A stretch of 64,000 nucleotides of DNA from the NCBI GenBank assembly GCA_951406725.2, contig OX597835.1:49786001-49850000 (forward strand), given 5' to 3'. The notes under the pieces are model-generated. The model ran no database searches and was not told the origin of the DNA. It was given only the letters and a program-made list of their open reading frames with translations. The translations under genes were made by a program, and so were the position numbers. This document shows, piece by piece, positions 1 to 13,159 of the stretch. The stretch's first letter is position 1. Each line of letters opens with the position of its first letter. The stretch is from Octopus vulgaris. Lineage: Eukaryota.

Positions 1-180
1 GAGATTGGAATAGAATGCTCGGTAGAGCCCCTACAGAAGGTTTGTCTCTTAGGGACAGCAAGTATTGTCAGGAGGGTTCTAAACACTTGAAAGACTTGTG
101 GATACCTGAGGTTACAGGTAGCAACCCGCTGCCCACATAATTTCTTCAAGGAATAAGACCGATCCCGAGCCAAACCAAAA
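1..180 (+). mobile_element. 3' end of an R4/Dong-type RLE non-LTR retrotransposon (continues upstream of the window)
   Basis: Frame 1 from base 1 reads EIGIECSVEPLQKVCLLGTASIVRRVLNT*. This matches the C-terminal QKxxLLGTxxIxR motif also seen at the end of the element at 616-4740 (IQKIALLGTTHILR). A short 3' UTR follows. Confidence 0.7.
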
Positions 181-186
181 TGATAA

Positions 187-400
187 TTCTTTTACTCGTT
201 TACTTGTTTCGGTGATTAGACTGCAGCCATGCTGGAGCACCGCCTTGAGAAATTTAGTCGAACGAATCGACTCGACACTTTATTTTAAACCTGGTACTTA
301 TTCTATCAGTCACTTTAGCCGAACTGCTAATTTATGGGCACAGAAGCATACCAACACCTCTTGTCAAGCGGTGGTGGGGAACAAACAAAGACATACACAC
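187..400 (-). mobile_element. SINE family B, 3' half
   Basis: Reverse complement carries the GGCGGTGCTCCAGCATGGC..CAGTC..CGAAACAAGTAAA tail and the body shared with copies at 14441-14928 and 15031-15260. Confidence 0.8.
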
Positions 401-412
401 GTACACACATAT

Positions 413-454
<42 letters not shown>

Positions 455-473
455 GATGATGATGATGATGATG

Positions 474-513
<40 letters not shown>

Positions 514-569
514 ATAATAATAATAAATAATAATAAATAATAATGATAATAATGATGATGATGATGATG

Positions 570-615
<46 letters not shown>

Positions 616-3600
616 GGGGGACGTTTAATAAGAGAACACCGGGGACGTTTAACATGTGAGAGCGATAAAACAGTGCTCCGAAATCTATCCACAAACATCG
701 GAAACAAAGACATCGCATGGAGCCAAAAAATAACTGACTATATCCGAGTAAGTAATACTCATTGAAATTTATTGCTATTTTCCAAACGAAATGATGTATT
801 TTAACTCGATATCATCTCCAACCATGTAAACATGATTGATACATTACGATCCATCAATAACATATCATCTCCGGCCCCAAACACCACGTACAAAAATACT
901 ACGAATAAATTAAATAACACCGGTATTATTCAACCCAAGAATAACAATCGGGAAGTACGTACTTTGAACCTGTTACATAAAAAGTACGAAAAACTACACA
1001 AGCAAAACAATGTGACAACAGAAAGGAACGGACCGGTACCCTACGAAAATGACGTGAGGAATACATTTCTATCCTACATGTTTACTTTACAGCAGTGCTC
1101 TACCCAAAGAACGAAAACACAACAACATATACATATAAAATATGGAAGAAAAATAACATAAATAAAGACTTGGATACAGCAATGAACCCTAATAAACTAG
1201 CTAACATACGAAGATATATTCTCAACGCAAAAAAATATCAGAAATAGAAATAGAACATTTAAAAGAAAAAATACATCAGGAAAATGTAGATAGAAGCCAC
1301 ACAACAATGCCAAATAATATAAACGCTGAGATAGTAAAACACGAAGACAAACGTAACATTTCCAACGAAAACGATGTAAACAAAAAACAACGAAACCAGA
1401 CCGTAAGGATACATAATAATGCACGAAAAGCAGCAAGCCAAAACACGACAGACAAACATACGAATGAGAAAGAAAGCGACACAAATCTAAAACCTGAAAA
1501 CAACGAAGGGGAGCCTAATGATTATGATACTATAAAAAGTAGAATAAAACAGATCTAAAAATAGACCACCGACCATACCTCCCAAAAATCAAAATAGACA
1601 AAAAACAACATCAATTATAAACAGCATAAACCTAGCCGTCTCAGAACTAATAGCCACTGAAACAAATAGCGATATCACTGAGCTAAATGACTTAGTATAT
1701 GCAGCAGCCACTGCGGCCATAAAAGAAGCTGGATACTCCCTCAAACCCATCCAAATGGGAGTACCACCACCCAAACAAACCCTGTGGATAAATAACATTA
1801 AAAAAAAGATCTGTCGATTCTTAATGAAATCAGTAGACAAGCAACGCTACTAAGCAACAAAAAGAAAACAAAAATACTGTGCAAATACAGCATCACAGAA
1901 AAAGATTTACCTGAGATAAAAGAAAAGCTAAAGCAAGATATCCTTGCCAAAGCACAAAGGATTCGCATGTATGAGAAACGCCAACGGTTCTTTGAACAAA
2001 ACAAACAGTGCAACTCCAACCCCAAAAGATTCTACCAAGAACTTGGCAAAAATAAAATAGAAATCACTGCAGCACCAACGGCAGAAGAAGTGGAATAATT
2101 CTGGAAAGAAATATGGTCGGCGAATAAACAACCAAAAGAAAAGAAGTATTAAAACAACAAACTTAACATCTGAGCAACTTTGGACCCCCATAACAACTGA
2201 AGAGGTCACCTAGGCACTGCAAAGACTAAGCAACATAAAGCACCTGGGCATGATAAGATCCCCAACTTCTGGTTGAAATATCTGACAGGAATGCACAAAA
2301 AGCTGGCTGAAAACTTTAACAACATACTGGCAGAGCCAGAGCCAATGCCTGAATGGCTCACGAAGGGGAAAAACCATCTTAATTCCCAAATCAAATGAGA
2401 CAGCAAAACCAGAAAACTACAGACCTATAACCTGTCTCCCTACAATGTACAACGCATTCACTGCAGTAATATCACAAAGATTGAACAAGCACCTGCACGA
2501 AAACAACCTGTTTCCAGAAGAGCAGAAGGGGTGCCGCAAAGGCTCATATGACTGTAAATATCAACTAATGATCAATAAAGCCATAACTGAAGACAGCCAC
2601 AGAAAGAAGAAAGGCCTCAGTATGGCCTGGATCGACTACAGAAAGGCGTTTGATAGCATCCCCACACATGGATCCCCGAAACACTAGCCATTAACAAAGT
2701 AACACCAACAATTATAAAATACATAGAACACTCTATGAATAAATGGCAGACAGTGCTACAGCTCCAAACAAAAAAGGGACTTGTGAAAACCAAAGCCATC
2801 CCCATAAGAAGAGGAATATTCCAGGGAGACATGCTCTCTCCACTCCTTTTCTGCTTGGCACTGCCACCTCTATCTGATATGCTAAATAGAACTGGATGCG
2901 GATATAAATGTTACGGCAAAACTATCAGCAACCTTTTATATATGGATGACCTAAAATTATACGCTACAAATGACAAACAGCTGGAAACACTATTAAAGAC
3001 AGTTCATGGATTCACCAAAGAAATAGATATGAAATTTGGATTAGAAAAATGCGCCAAAGTAACCATGAAAAGAGGAAAACTAGTTAAGAGTAGCAACATC
3101 ACACTGGATAAAGCCAATGAAATAAGAGAATTAGACCAAAGCCAAACTTACAAATACTTAGGAATCCATGAACTAGATAAGACACAACACACAAATGAAA
3201 GAGAAAATAAAGAAAAAATACTATAGACGAGTTAGATCAATACTAAAAACAGAGCTCAATGCTAAAAACAAGATAATAGGTATTAACACTTTAGCCGTCC
3301 CAGTTATAAGTTACATCTACAATATCCTTAACTGGACGCTAAATGAACTAAACAAAATAGATAGGAAAACAAGTAAAATAATGACAGGATCTAGGATGCT
3401 CACCCAAATCTAACATAGAAAGGTTATATATACAACGCATAGAAGGTGGTAGAGGCCTTATACAGCTGGAAAACTACTATAAAATAACCACCATAGGACT
3501 GCAAAAATACCTTCTTCTGAAGCAAGGAAAACTGATACAAATAGCGGCAAAACACGAGCAAAACAAAAAATTGTTCCCAGTATTTAAGGAAGCTGACAAA

Positions 3601-4739
3601 TACAAACAAGAAATCATACCACCTAACAAGAAGAAGAAGAAGAAGAAGAAGAAGAAGAAGAAGAAGAAGAAGAAGAAGAAGAAGAAGAAGAAGAAGAAGA
3701 AGAAGAAGAAGAAGAAGAAGAAGAAGAAGAAGAAGAAGAAGAAAAGAAGAAAAGAAGAAGAAGAAGAAGAAGAAGAAGAAGAAGAAGAAGAAGAAGAAGA
3801 AGAAGAAGACAAAAGCTATAAAGCAAATGAAATCAAAACTAAAACTAGAACAGCAACGGACCATGATAAAGCGATTGTAAGAAAAGCCCCTTTATGGCAA
3901 GTACTGTACTAAGCTAAATGCAAAAGAGACAAGGAAAAATCCCAGCAATGGTTGAGAAGCTCAGGACTCAAAGCAGAGACAGAGGGATTTTTAATTGCAG
4001 CACAAGACCAAAGCCTCCCCATCAGAAATTACCAAATACATGTAATGAAAAGAGATATAACAAGTAATTGCAGAATATGTGGAGATGGACAAGAAACAAT
4101 AAATCATATTATCTCTGGCTGCCCAGTCCTGGCTAAGAAGGAATATATTCACAGACACAACAGAGTTGGGACCTATATACACTGGAAACTATGCCAACAC
4201 TATGGAATAACAACAGAAAAAAGATGGTATAGGCACACACCAAAAAAGGTCAGAGAAAACGAGAAAGCAACCATACTCTGGGATATGTCAATACACACAG
4301 ATAGAGAAATTAACGCCAATAGGCCAGATATAGTTGTCAGAGATCATGAAGAAAAAAAGGCTTTCTAATTGATGTATCAATACTAACAGATGACAATGTT
4401 TCTCTAAAAGAAACAGAGAAACTTTCAAGATACAAAGACCTGGAAATAGAGGTAACCAGAATGTGGAATCTGAAAACAGAAACAATTCCTATCATAGTAG
4501 GTGCATTAGGCATGATAAAAAAATATTCAGACAAATACATAACAAAAACATCAGGACTAACAAGTATATATAACATACAGAAAATAGCACTACTAGGCAC
4601 CACTCACATCCTACGTTAAACACTTTCAATACAGTGAAAATAAGAGCATCGCAACAAACCATAACACATACCCAAGGCACACACAGCTGCGCTCGGTAGT
4701 GCAGTAAAAGCATGTGATGAAAATAAGACTACTCAATAA

Positions 4740-4740
<1 letters not shown>
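616..4740 (+). mobile_element. Near-full-length R4/Dong-clade non-LTR retrotransposon (RT, CCHC zinc knuckle, restriction-like endonuclease), disrupted
   Basis: RT motifs WIDYRKAFDSIP, GIFQGDMLSPLLFCLAL, LYMDDLKLYA, YKYLG. CRICGDGQETINHIISGC knuckle, RHNRV, NRPDIVV..LIDVS..EKLSRYKDL RLE and C-terminal IQKIALLGT. Several stops and frameshifts. Bounded on both sides by (TAA)n arrays (412-615 and 4741 onward). Confidence 0.93.
3628..3808 (+). repeat. (GAA)n microsatellite inside the R4 ORF
   Basis: About 60 AAG/GAA units interrupting the ORF between EIIPPN and TKAIKQMK. Confidence 0.95.
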
Positions 4741-4817
<77 letters not shown>

Positions 4818-4833
4818 TAATAACAACAACAAC

Positions 4834-4887
<54 letters not shown>

Positions 4888-4921
4888 GGTGGTGGTGGTG
4901 GTGGTGGTGGTGGTGGTGGTG

Positions 4922-4965
<44 letters not shown>

Positions 4966-4996
4966 GGTGGTGGTGGTGGTGGTGGTGGTGGTGGTG

Positions 4997-5054
<58 letters not shown>
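4741..5054. repeat. Compound trinucleotide array (TAA/CAA/TAG/TGG)
   Basis: Directly visible stepwise unit changes. Confidence 0.95.
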
Positions 5055-5100
5055 GCAAGATCGAATCAACACAGTTTGCAGCAATGCTCGGAACGGCGCG

Positions 5101-5276
5101 AGGTCATTCTACTGTTTATCTTGATATGAGATCATCACTATGTCGTCGCGCACATATGGTTGCGATGCATGTGCCAGGTGTCCGCTTATCGGACTGGTGG
5201 TCATCATGGATATATTGGCCCCTTGTATATTTGAACCTCAATGTTACTTTGATGGCTATCACGCGCTGCTGTCTCA
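5101..5276 (+). mobile_element. 3' part of the TAA-associated non-autonomous element (same family as 41887-42442)
   Basis: AGGTCAT..TGTTTATCTTGATATGAGATCA..CGCACATATGGT..ACTTTGATGGC..CTCAAT aligns to 42277-42442. Confidence 0.8.
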
Positions 5277-5304
5277 ATCAGTAATAATAATATTAATAAT
5301 AATA

Positions 5305-5364
<60 letters not shown>

Positions 5365-5379
5365 ACAATGATGATGATG

Positions 5380-6115
5380 ATACATCTAGTGATGGTGTCA
5401 CAATAAAAACACTGATAATCGCGTAACCTAATAATCGCTACTTCATATGAGTGACAATGAAAAAACAAAATATTGTGAATAACGGTGGTAACGAAACTGA
5501 AGCCAATGATGGTGACAGTGTTACACCCGGTAGGCTCAGAGATTCTGGCCCGGCTCCAGCCTGTCGATATCCAGAAAGGGACCACCACAAACGGCGTAGA
5601 TGGAGTAAGCAAATTAATGCTGTGATCATGGAGTGTTACTACCTGAGCAACTTGGTAGATGAAACTGGTGCTCAAATTAGGGGTTACCGACAACGTATGT
5701 ATGAACATTGGAGAGAAAAGTGATTGTTTCAACTCACGGAACAGTGACTATGTGATCAAGCTAGAGCAATAGGAAAAAATTGTTGGTTCACAGAAGGAGA
5801 GCTCGAAGCTATCAAAAGACAGGTCATGGACAATAGCAGCATAGATAAGAATGAAAGTAGAGTTCTTACTAATAAGAGTAATCTCATAGCAGAGGAAAGG
5901 AGCAGTGGGAGCTTACTTGATGAGAGACATATAGATGATCTAAAAGAAGACGATAAAACGAATAGCGACATGACAGATGAACAAAATGCAATCCACGACA
6001 GAATAAAGGTAAGACTACAGGAGAACGGTAGCGACATTATTTGCAACCTTAAAAAGGTTGATCGATGGAAATTGAACCAAGAAACGAAAATTGTCAATGA
6101 AATTCTGAATACTAG
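5380..6115 (+). mobile_element. 5' portion of another R4/Dong-type element (N-terminal domain, truncated)
   Basis: RRRWSKQINAVIMECYYLS..RGYRQRMYEHWREK*LFQLTEQ*LCDQARAIGKNCWFTEGELEAIK resembles the typical R4/Dong N-terminal region. Starts right after a TTA/TGA array. Confidence 0.75.
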
Positions 6116-7536
6116 GATTGTTTGTTTTATTGACGTTTATTAAGGGTTTTTTAGAAGAGTTTTTGTCTCTACAGGATATTTGTTAGGCCCCACATAACTG
6201 ATATTTTATTGATGCTTATTGCATCGGTCTAGGTTGTATGGTGGGGGAAAAATAAATCATGATGGAATTTGAACTCACGGTGGTGGCGCGGCCAGCAGGG
6301 AGAATAAGCAGTTGATCCTTTTCCATTATTCTATTTGAATGATTTATTATTTTATCGATCCCTCCGATGAAATAAAAGCCGATATCAGCGGGGATAGGAA
6401 AATACCCCAAAATGATCGAATCCTGCACAAAAAATAAATTTTCTTGTTACTTCCATTTTCATTGACCCCCATCAAGTGGGGTGTTAATTAAACAAGTACC
6501 AGTAAAGTACTGGGTCGAATCAGATCTACAAGACTCTTGCTCGACCACTCTTCAAATCAAATCTCGGAAATTCTTATGCTTTTTATTCTTAGTTATGAGA
6601 GAGCTTATTAAGTTGGTAAAAGGAGACAATTTCTACAAAGCATTAACAGATCTTACATTTTTTCTACGAATTTTATTTAGAGTTGACTTTCATCTATGAT
6701 TTAATACAAATAGCAGCAATTGGTCACGTGATGTAATTGACTCTCAGTCATGGGAATGGTAAATGGATTCTATACCAGTCAGTGATTAAGTGTTCGCCTT
6801 CAAAAGGTAAACCCTATCTACCTTTTCCATGAAAAATATATACAGCCTTGTGTCTCATGTCACTTCCGCCTCACAATTGTTAGCAGCAGCATCAACATCG
6901 AGCAAACGAGGGAGCGTCTGACAGGTTATTCAAGCAGTTAGAAATAGCGGCCAAATTCCCATTCAACCATAAACAGAATGGAATTTCGTAAAATAAATTC
7001 GTTTTAGTGACACAGTTTGAAATTAGCTTATTTCTAAAATCCAACAAATGAAAGTAATCATGAATATGAAAAATTTTTTACAAATACACAAGCAGCTAAA
7101 TCCAGATCCTTCAGAATATATTTTGGAAAATTCTACCACTCACTTCCGAAACCTTAAAGATTGTGACATCTTCATTTTTTCTTTTCAACCTCTAGATGTG
7201 TTGTGAACGAGAGACGGCGTTTCTTTTCTCGAGGTGCCAAAAAGAATGTGTGTTGTACCTGCTCTCAACATTCATACGTTGCTTTTAACCAATATACATT
7301 AATTCACTTTGGTTAACCAATTTCATTGTGCCAACGCTGATGATAACAATTCTAAGCATCAAGTGGGCATGAGCTGATGTTGATTTAACTCCATTGGAAT
7401 TGGTTAAATGACGGAAAGTTGCCATTTAATTCCTACTGTTGGTACTAGAAGACAAATTCTTGATGTTACCAGAACAGCTCTAAGCAACTTTCAAGGAATT
7501 CTTAAGAAAATATGAGTAATATTATGGCCAAAATAA

Positions 7537-7657
7537 GCTTACGGCCATATCACGTTGAAAGCACCGGTTCTCGTCCGATTCACCGAAGTTAAGCAACATC
7601 GAGCCTAGTTAGTACTTAGATGGGTGACCGCTTGGGAAACCTAGGTGCTGTAAGCAT
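7537..7657 (+). rRNA. Full-length 5S rRNA sequence (solitary, probably a retrocopy or SINE3 head)
   Basis: GCTTACGGCCATATCACGTTGAAAGCACCGGTTCTCGTCCGAT..GAAGTTAAGC..GTTAGTACTTAGATGGGTGACCGCTTGGGAA..GTGCTGTAAGC. Terminal helix GCTTACGGC/GCTGTAAGC and internal control region present. No oligo-T terminator follows. Confidence 0.9.
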
Positions 7658-7753
7658 TCCAGTTACTTAATGGCGGTGCCCCAGCAAATGGCGGTGCCCC
7701 AGCATGGCCACAGCTCATGAGCTGAAACTGGAAAAATCAAAATCAAATCAAAT
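7537..7753 (+). mobile_element. 5S-headed retroposed chimera with LINE-type 3' tail (candidate SINE3)
   Basis: 5S is followed by AATGGCGGTGCCCCAGCA twice (7669-7686, 7687-7704), then TGGCCACAGCTCATGAGCTGAAAC and (AAATC)n. The same tail ends the LINE at about 47195-47253. Confidence 0.75.
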
Positions 7754-8933
7754 ATCTGCAACTAATTAACAATTCACTTTGCTATGAAACATTAAAATGT
7801 TTTGATGACATCACATCTATCCATTCTCTATTAAACATTGAAACATCTCACCTAGGATATAGGGAGATTAAACCAGATAATATTACATTTCCGTGGGTTT
7901 TATGGAATTTTTAAGTTTTCCAAAGTGGTATGGATTATATTCGTTGAACAACTCTCTCGCAAAATACTGTTACAATAAAGTGACGACGTGCTAGAAATTT
8001 GAGAGCTAATATTAAAAATTCACTGAATTTTTCAGGGTTACGGAAGTATAAAAGGAGAGCAGATTTTATGTTTGACTCGCTATAAATGATAATGTTTATT
8101 TGTGTTTAACGAAATATCTTTAACAAAAATGAAACAATTGCATTGATATTATAAATAATTGTTATTCTTATGCTAAACTCCTTCAATCATTCCTAATCCC
8201 GTCAAGCTGATAGCCGTTCATGTGGCAAGAAGTTAACGAGTCGTCTCTATAAAGGTTTAAATCGGATTTTTTTTCGACAAAAATCAAATATAATTTTACT
8301 AATCAACTACATCAGCTCTATCATACAAGTCAGTGGCTTGGTCAAAAGAGTTCGTCACTGTTACGTTTACTATAATCGCTGTTTTTAAAATGTAGTGAAG
8401 ACCTCCTGCATGCATCAAACAATAGTAATAAAAGTGAAAACAATAGCAGGTAAACAAAAATAAAAATAATGCAATATAAACCGGTAAACACCGATAAGAC
8501 CAACAACAAAAAAGCGTATAGTCAGAGGAAACTGTAATACAATCATCTTGTTCAACGACAACAACAATACGGAGAAAAACAATAACAACAAGAATAAAGA
8601 AGAAATTATCAACAACAACAACAAAACCACCAATAAATTTAGCTATTCTGCTACTGTCACCTAAACCTGGAATGAACATTCACCACGATTCAAAAGGAGA
8701 GGGAAGCCTTATATAAGGAGTTTTGGGTAGGGTTGACGCTAGGAAGTGCGGAGCTCAATTAGAGAATTGTCAGTGGAGCCCTCTACAAACGCTGAAGATT
8801 GATGCTTTATGTTTTGTGTAGTGCGCCAGTCCGAGCCAAAAAGTGCTGAAAGTTTGAAATTCCACCATTAGCCACAATGATATACTAATAATTCATCAGA
8901 GCGTTCTCTGTTCGTGCGTATGCGCGGGTCACT

Positions 8934-9004
<71 letters not shown>

Positions 9005-10496
9005 CGGCTCTGGTCTTCAGTTGGTAGAGCCTCCAGGAAGCAAACGGTCTTGTTAACTGGTCATCTACAGGCGCATAAACGAAAATTGAGTGGTGTACAA
9101 AGCTTTCTCCTTCACAGACACTGAAATATAAGAATTGGGCCGAGTGCAGTTTGGTAGCTCATATAAAGAAAACAGTGTAAAATCAATGGGAGTTTTGTTC
9201 TGATGTGTAGAAGAAACGAAACAAGCGTTCACCTGACCTATATGCATCGGAGGAATTTAACCCATTTCTTACCTCTATGTTGTTGTGAGTAAAGAGCGGT
9301 TCCTAACGTGCTGCCAAACGTAGTTTCAAGGAGTTTTGTGGCAATGATTGAATAGCGTAGAAAAGTGATTGAGCTCTGATATTCTTTCCTTAGGAATGTC
9401 TAAGGAACATAAAACTAGTAAGGAAATTACGAAGAAAGCAAACGGGAAGAAATTATCCATGGACAGAAAATCGAAAGACATAGACAAAGAGAAGAGATTC
9501 TTATCGTTTTTTTATAATAATTATTCTGAGTGGAAAGAGTAGATCCCATGATCCCTAGAATCTTATCTGAGACTGACAAGAGGGGGGGGAGATGCTATCT
9601 TCGACCAGAAATCTGACCAGATGCATTGCAACAGACTGGACTCTGTTAAAGACACCCAACAGTCTGGTGGTGATGCTAAAGCAGTGGCTCCACCTATCGT
9701 GTATTAAATGTGGGGAGAGTGAAGAGATCGGTACGAATCGGCGGATCGCTTCTCACATAATCGCAATTGTCACAAAAAGGTTCAATGACAAACATGACAA
9801 ACACGTTGAAACTATTAGAAATTTAAACCACAGCGGCCAAAAGTAAATTACACACACACACACATGCAAGCACGCATACACACACACACATATGCAGATA
9901 TGCATAAATGTATATACAAGCATACACACAGACACGGGAATATATGTGTGTGCGTATGAGTGCGTGTTCGCACGTGTGTATGTGTGTGTGTGTGTGTGCT
10001 TGCATGTGTGAGTGAGTGTGTGTTCGCACGAGTGTGTATGCATGCTCGCATGTATGAATATTTTGTTAAATAGACGACTTGGTAAGCTTTTAACCACTTT
10101 GATGTTGAGTTGTCCATATTTTCCGAAGGATCATTGGGTCTGTAGTGGGGGGCAGATACGGATGCAATGCACTGGTGTTAGTGCGTGTAGGCGGGTGCGC
10201 GTGTGTATGCTCCAAAACTAAATGCTGGGGCGGTCATAGGCTGATCGTTCGGTTTTGTTGTCATTAGAGTGAAGCTGTTTATTGTGTTAGGTTCTGTTCT
10301 GTTGGAATCTTCGTCACAACTGAATTAATAGAACTACACTGTCGCTGTCCGCCATTGATGCATGAGCCGTTGGAAACTGTGAACGGTTCGACATCAAAGT
10401 GGTTCACTGCCTTTCAAGTAGTGTACTTAGCAAAACACATCGAAAGCAAAAAGCTGCAACCGATGCGTGTGTGTGCGTGTTTGTGTGTATGCATGC

Positions 10497-10541
<45 letters not shown>

Positions 10542-10547
10542 TATAGA

Positions 10548-10772
10548 TATAGATAGATAGATAGATACATACATACATACATACATGCATGCATACATGC
10601 ATACATACATACATATACATAGATATGCATAAATATGTTTATATATACATATACGCATATAACTATACACATACACATATATACACGTGTAAATATATAT
10701 GTGTATATATATGTATGTATATATATATATATATACATACATATACACACATATATATGTGTGTGTATATAG

Positions 10773-10831
<59 letters not shown>

Positions 10832-10887
10832 CGCACGCACAAACACACACGTACATAGATGGAGAGAGATCTAGACACAGACAGGAC

Positions 10888-10948
<61 letters not shown>

Positions 10949-11116
10949 CATACATACATACATACATACATACATACATACATACATGCATACATGCATA
11001 CATACATAAATATACATATACATAGATATGCATAAATATGTTTATATATACATATACGCATATAACTATACACATACACATATATACACGTGTAAATATA
11101 TATGTGTATATATATG

Positions 11117-11158
<42 letters not shown>

Positions 11159-11172
11159 CATATACATACATA

Positions 11173-11212
<40 letters not shown>

Positions 11213-11224
11213 CATACATACATA

Positions 11225-11264
<40 letters not shown>

Positions 11265-11301
11265 GTACATAGATGGACAGAGATATAGACACAGACAGGA
11301 C

Positions 11302-11366
<65 letters not shown>
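10548..11366. repeat. Tandem duplication (about 400-bp unit) of a compound microsatellite block
   Basis: The unique anchors AGATATGCATAAATATGTTT (10621, 11024) and AGACACAGACAGGACAG each occur twice, about 400 bp apart. Confidence 0.85.
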
Positions 11367-11369
<3 letters not shown>

Positions 11370-11600
11370 GATTTTTCACACCTACATACCACCAAAGTTT
11401 CCAGAGATTATGAAATATCATATAATTCCGTCTCTCCCGTTACAGTTTTTAAGCAACGAAAAGTCGCGATGGATGACGGACTGCTAAAAGAACAAAATGG
11501 TTCTTTCAGTTGGAATACGTTCTATCATAAATATGCTGGATCGGCGTTGAAGGGTCACATCACTCAAAAATCGTGGCGAAATACGGATATTATGTACGTA

Positions 11601-11802
11601 CGGGGTTGTGCTGAAATGTGCCTGGTTTTAAGAGTATCGTGTAAGGCCCAACATCCCAAGTTCTTTTACAGGCCTTAGAAAAACTGAAGGACCGCTGCAA
11701 TAAGTGAATCTGAGAGGGGAAAATATGTTAAATAAAATCACAATTAACTGATCCTGCTGTATTTTCTTCTATCGAAAGCAAAGAACTTTTCACGCATCTT
11801 TG
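11601..11802 (+). mobile_element. Mariner-derived MITE
   Basis: Imperfect TIRs (GTGCTGAAATGTGCCTGGTTTT / AAAGCAAAGAACTTTTCACGCA) with TA on both flanks. Internal GLEKLKDRCNK..LRG..YV resembles a mariner C-terminus. Confidence 0.7.
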
Positions 11803-12191
11803 TATGTATGTATGTGTTTGTATAATATGGTGAATACTATGGATAAATGCTCAACACTGCATTTGGTGGAGGATAAATATGTTTCTTTATTTGTGGATGA
11901 GCAAGGCTACCAATGGTTCCAAGCGAAATTTCGAAGTTTTCAAGTTTCTATGTTAGAATACTGGTCATATGTCTCTATGATGGATTTGGAGAATTAGGGT
12001 GAAGTAGAAGAAACACAGATAAGGGCAAGCAACTCAGATGGAAGCTTCTTTACTTGTTATTTCCTTTGCATTGGCATTTGTCTTTTGTAACGTGACCGTA
12101 TATAGCATGCATCACACACCTGCTCTTTTGTTGCTGTATGCGCATGTGCAATATCATTTTTAAGGTATTTACAAAGTTTTTAAACGAAAAT

Positions 12192-12406
12192 ATTGGTTTC
12201 AAATTTTGCCGTATGACTAGCAATTTCGAGGGTTGGGTAAGACGATTAAAGCGACCCCAGAACTCAACTGGTACGTATTTGATCGCTCCCGAATGACGAT
12301 AAGCTAGGTCACCCACGATAGAATTTGAACTCAGTTCGTAAAAACGGACGAAATGCCACCAAGCATTTTGTCCGGTGTGCTAACGATTCTGGCAGCTCAC
12401 CGCCTT
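12192..12406 (-). mobile_element. SINE family A (tRNA-like head, Meta-domain-like core), diverged
   Basis: Reverse complement AAGGCGGTGAGCTGCCAGAATCGTTAGCAC..GAGTTCAAATTC..GTACCAGTTGAG..AAAATTTGAAACC. Confidence 0.8.
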
Positions 12407-13017
12407 AAGTGAAAATATGTATTACAAATCGTATGATGCCTTATACATGTGTTGTACATGTACACGGCTTTCAATTCAAGAGAGAGTTACTAAGATCAAA
12501 ATAAATCGTTTATATTTATTCTTATTGTGTAAATTGTGTGTGTGAGCGCGGGGGGGGATTACATCGATTCTGGCTGGATTGATTGGAGACGTTGACAAAG
12601 TGTTATGCATGACATTTCAAAGTTTGTTTAGAATGCTCGCTGTTCAAGTTATGATATTTAATTTCTCTATAGTACAGAAAGTGCATAGGTTGCCACATCC
12701 TATATGTTTAGAGGAGGTTCACAAACCCACCTTTAAGGTTCCATACCATATTAGACAAAGTTGTAGTGTGTCTTTTATCTCTAAACGAAATCAAATGTTG
12801 CGTCTACCTTTCCTTGAAGACATTTCCAGTCATTGTGATGGAAGGTTTTGTTTTCCCATCTAAGTCGCTGATATTGGCCTCGAGCGCCACTTCTTTTTCC
12901 GAGAACACATTCAGAAGACATTTTCCAGGGAATCTGCAATTACAGGATCAATGGGGATGGAGTTCCTAATACAACTGTTCGTACTGTGACAGAATATCAT
13001 CGATCCGATGTTAGATT

Positions 13018-13049
<32 letters not shown>

Positions 13050-13067
13050 TACAGGTAGGTAGGTAGG

Positions 13068-13159
<92 letters not shown>

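Noticed and set aside
616-720. HDV-like ribozyme at the R4 5' end (duplicated GGGGACGTTTAA at 617 and 641)
   Set aside because: I could not assemble the nested double pseudoknot by eye. It needs a descriptor search.
10548-11366. 400-bp tandem duplication as a functional satellite
   Set aside because: Only two units made of simple repeats; it may be slippage or an uncollapsed haplotype.
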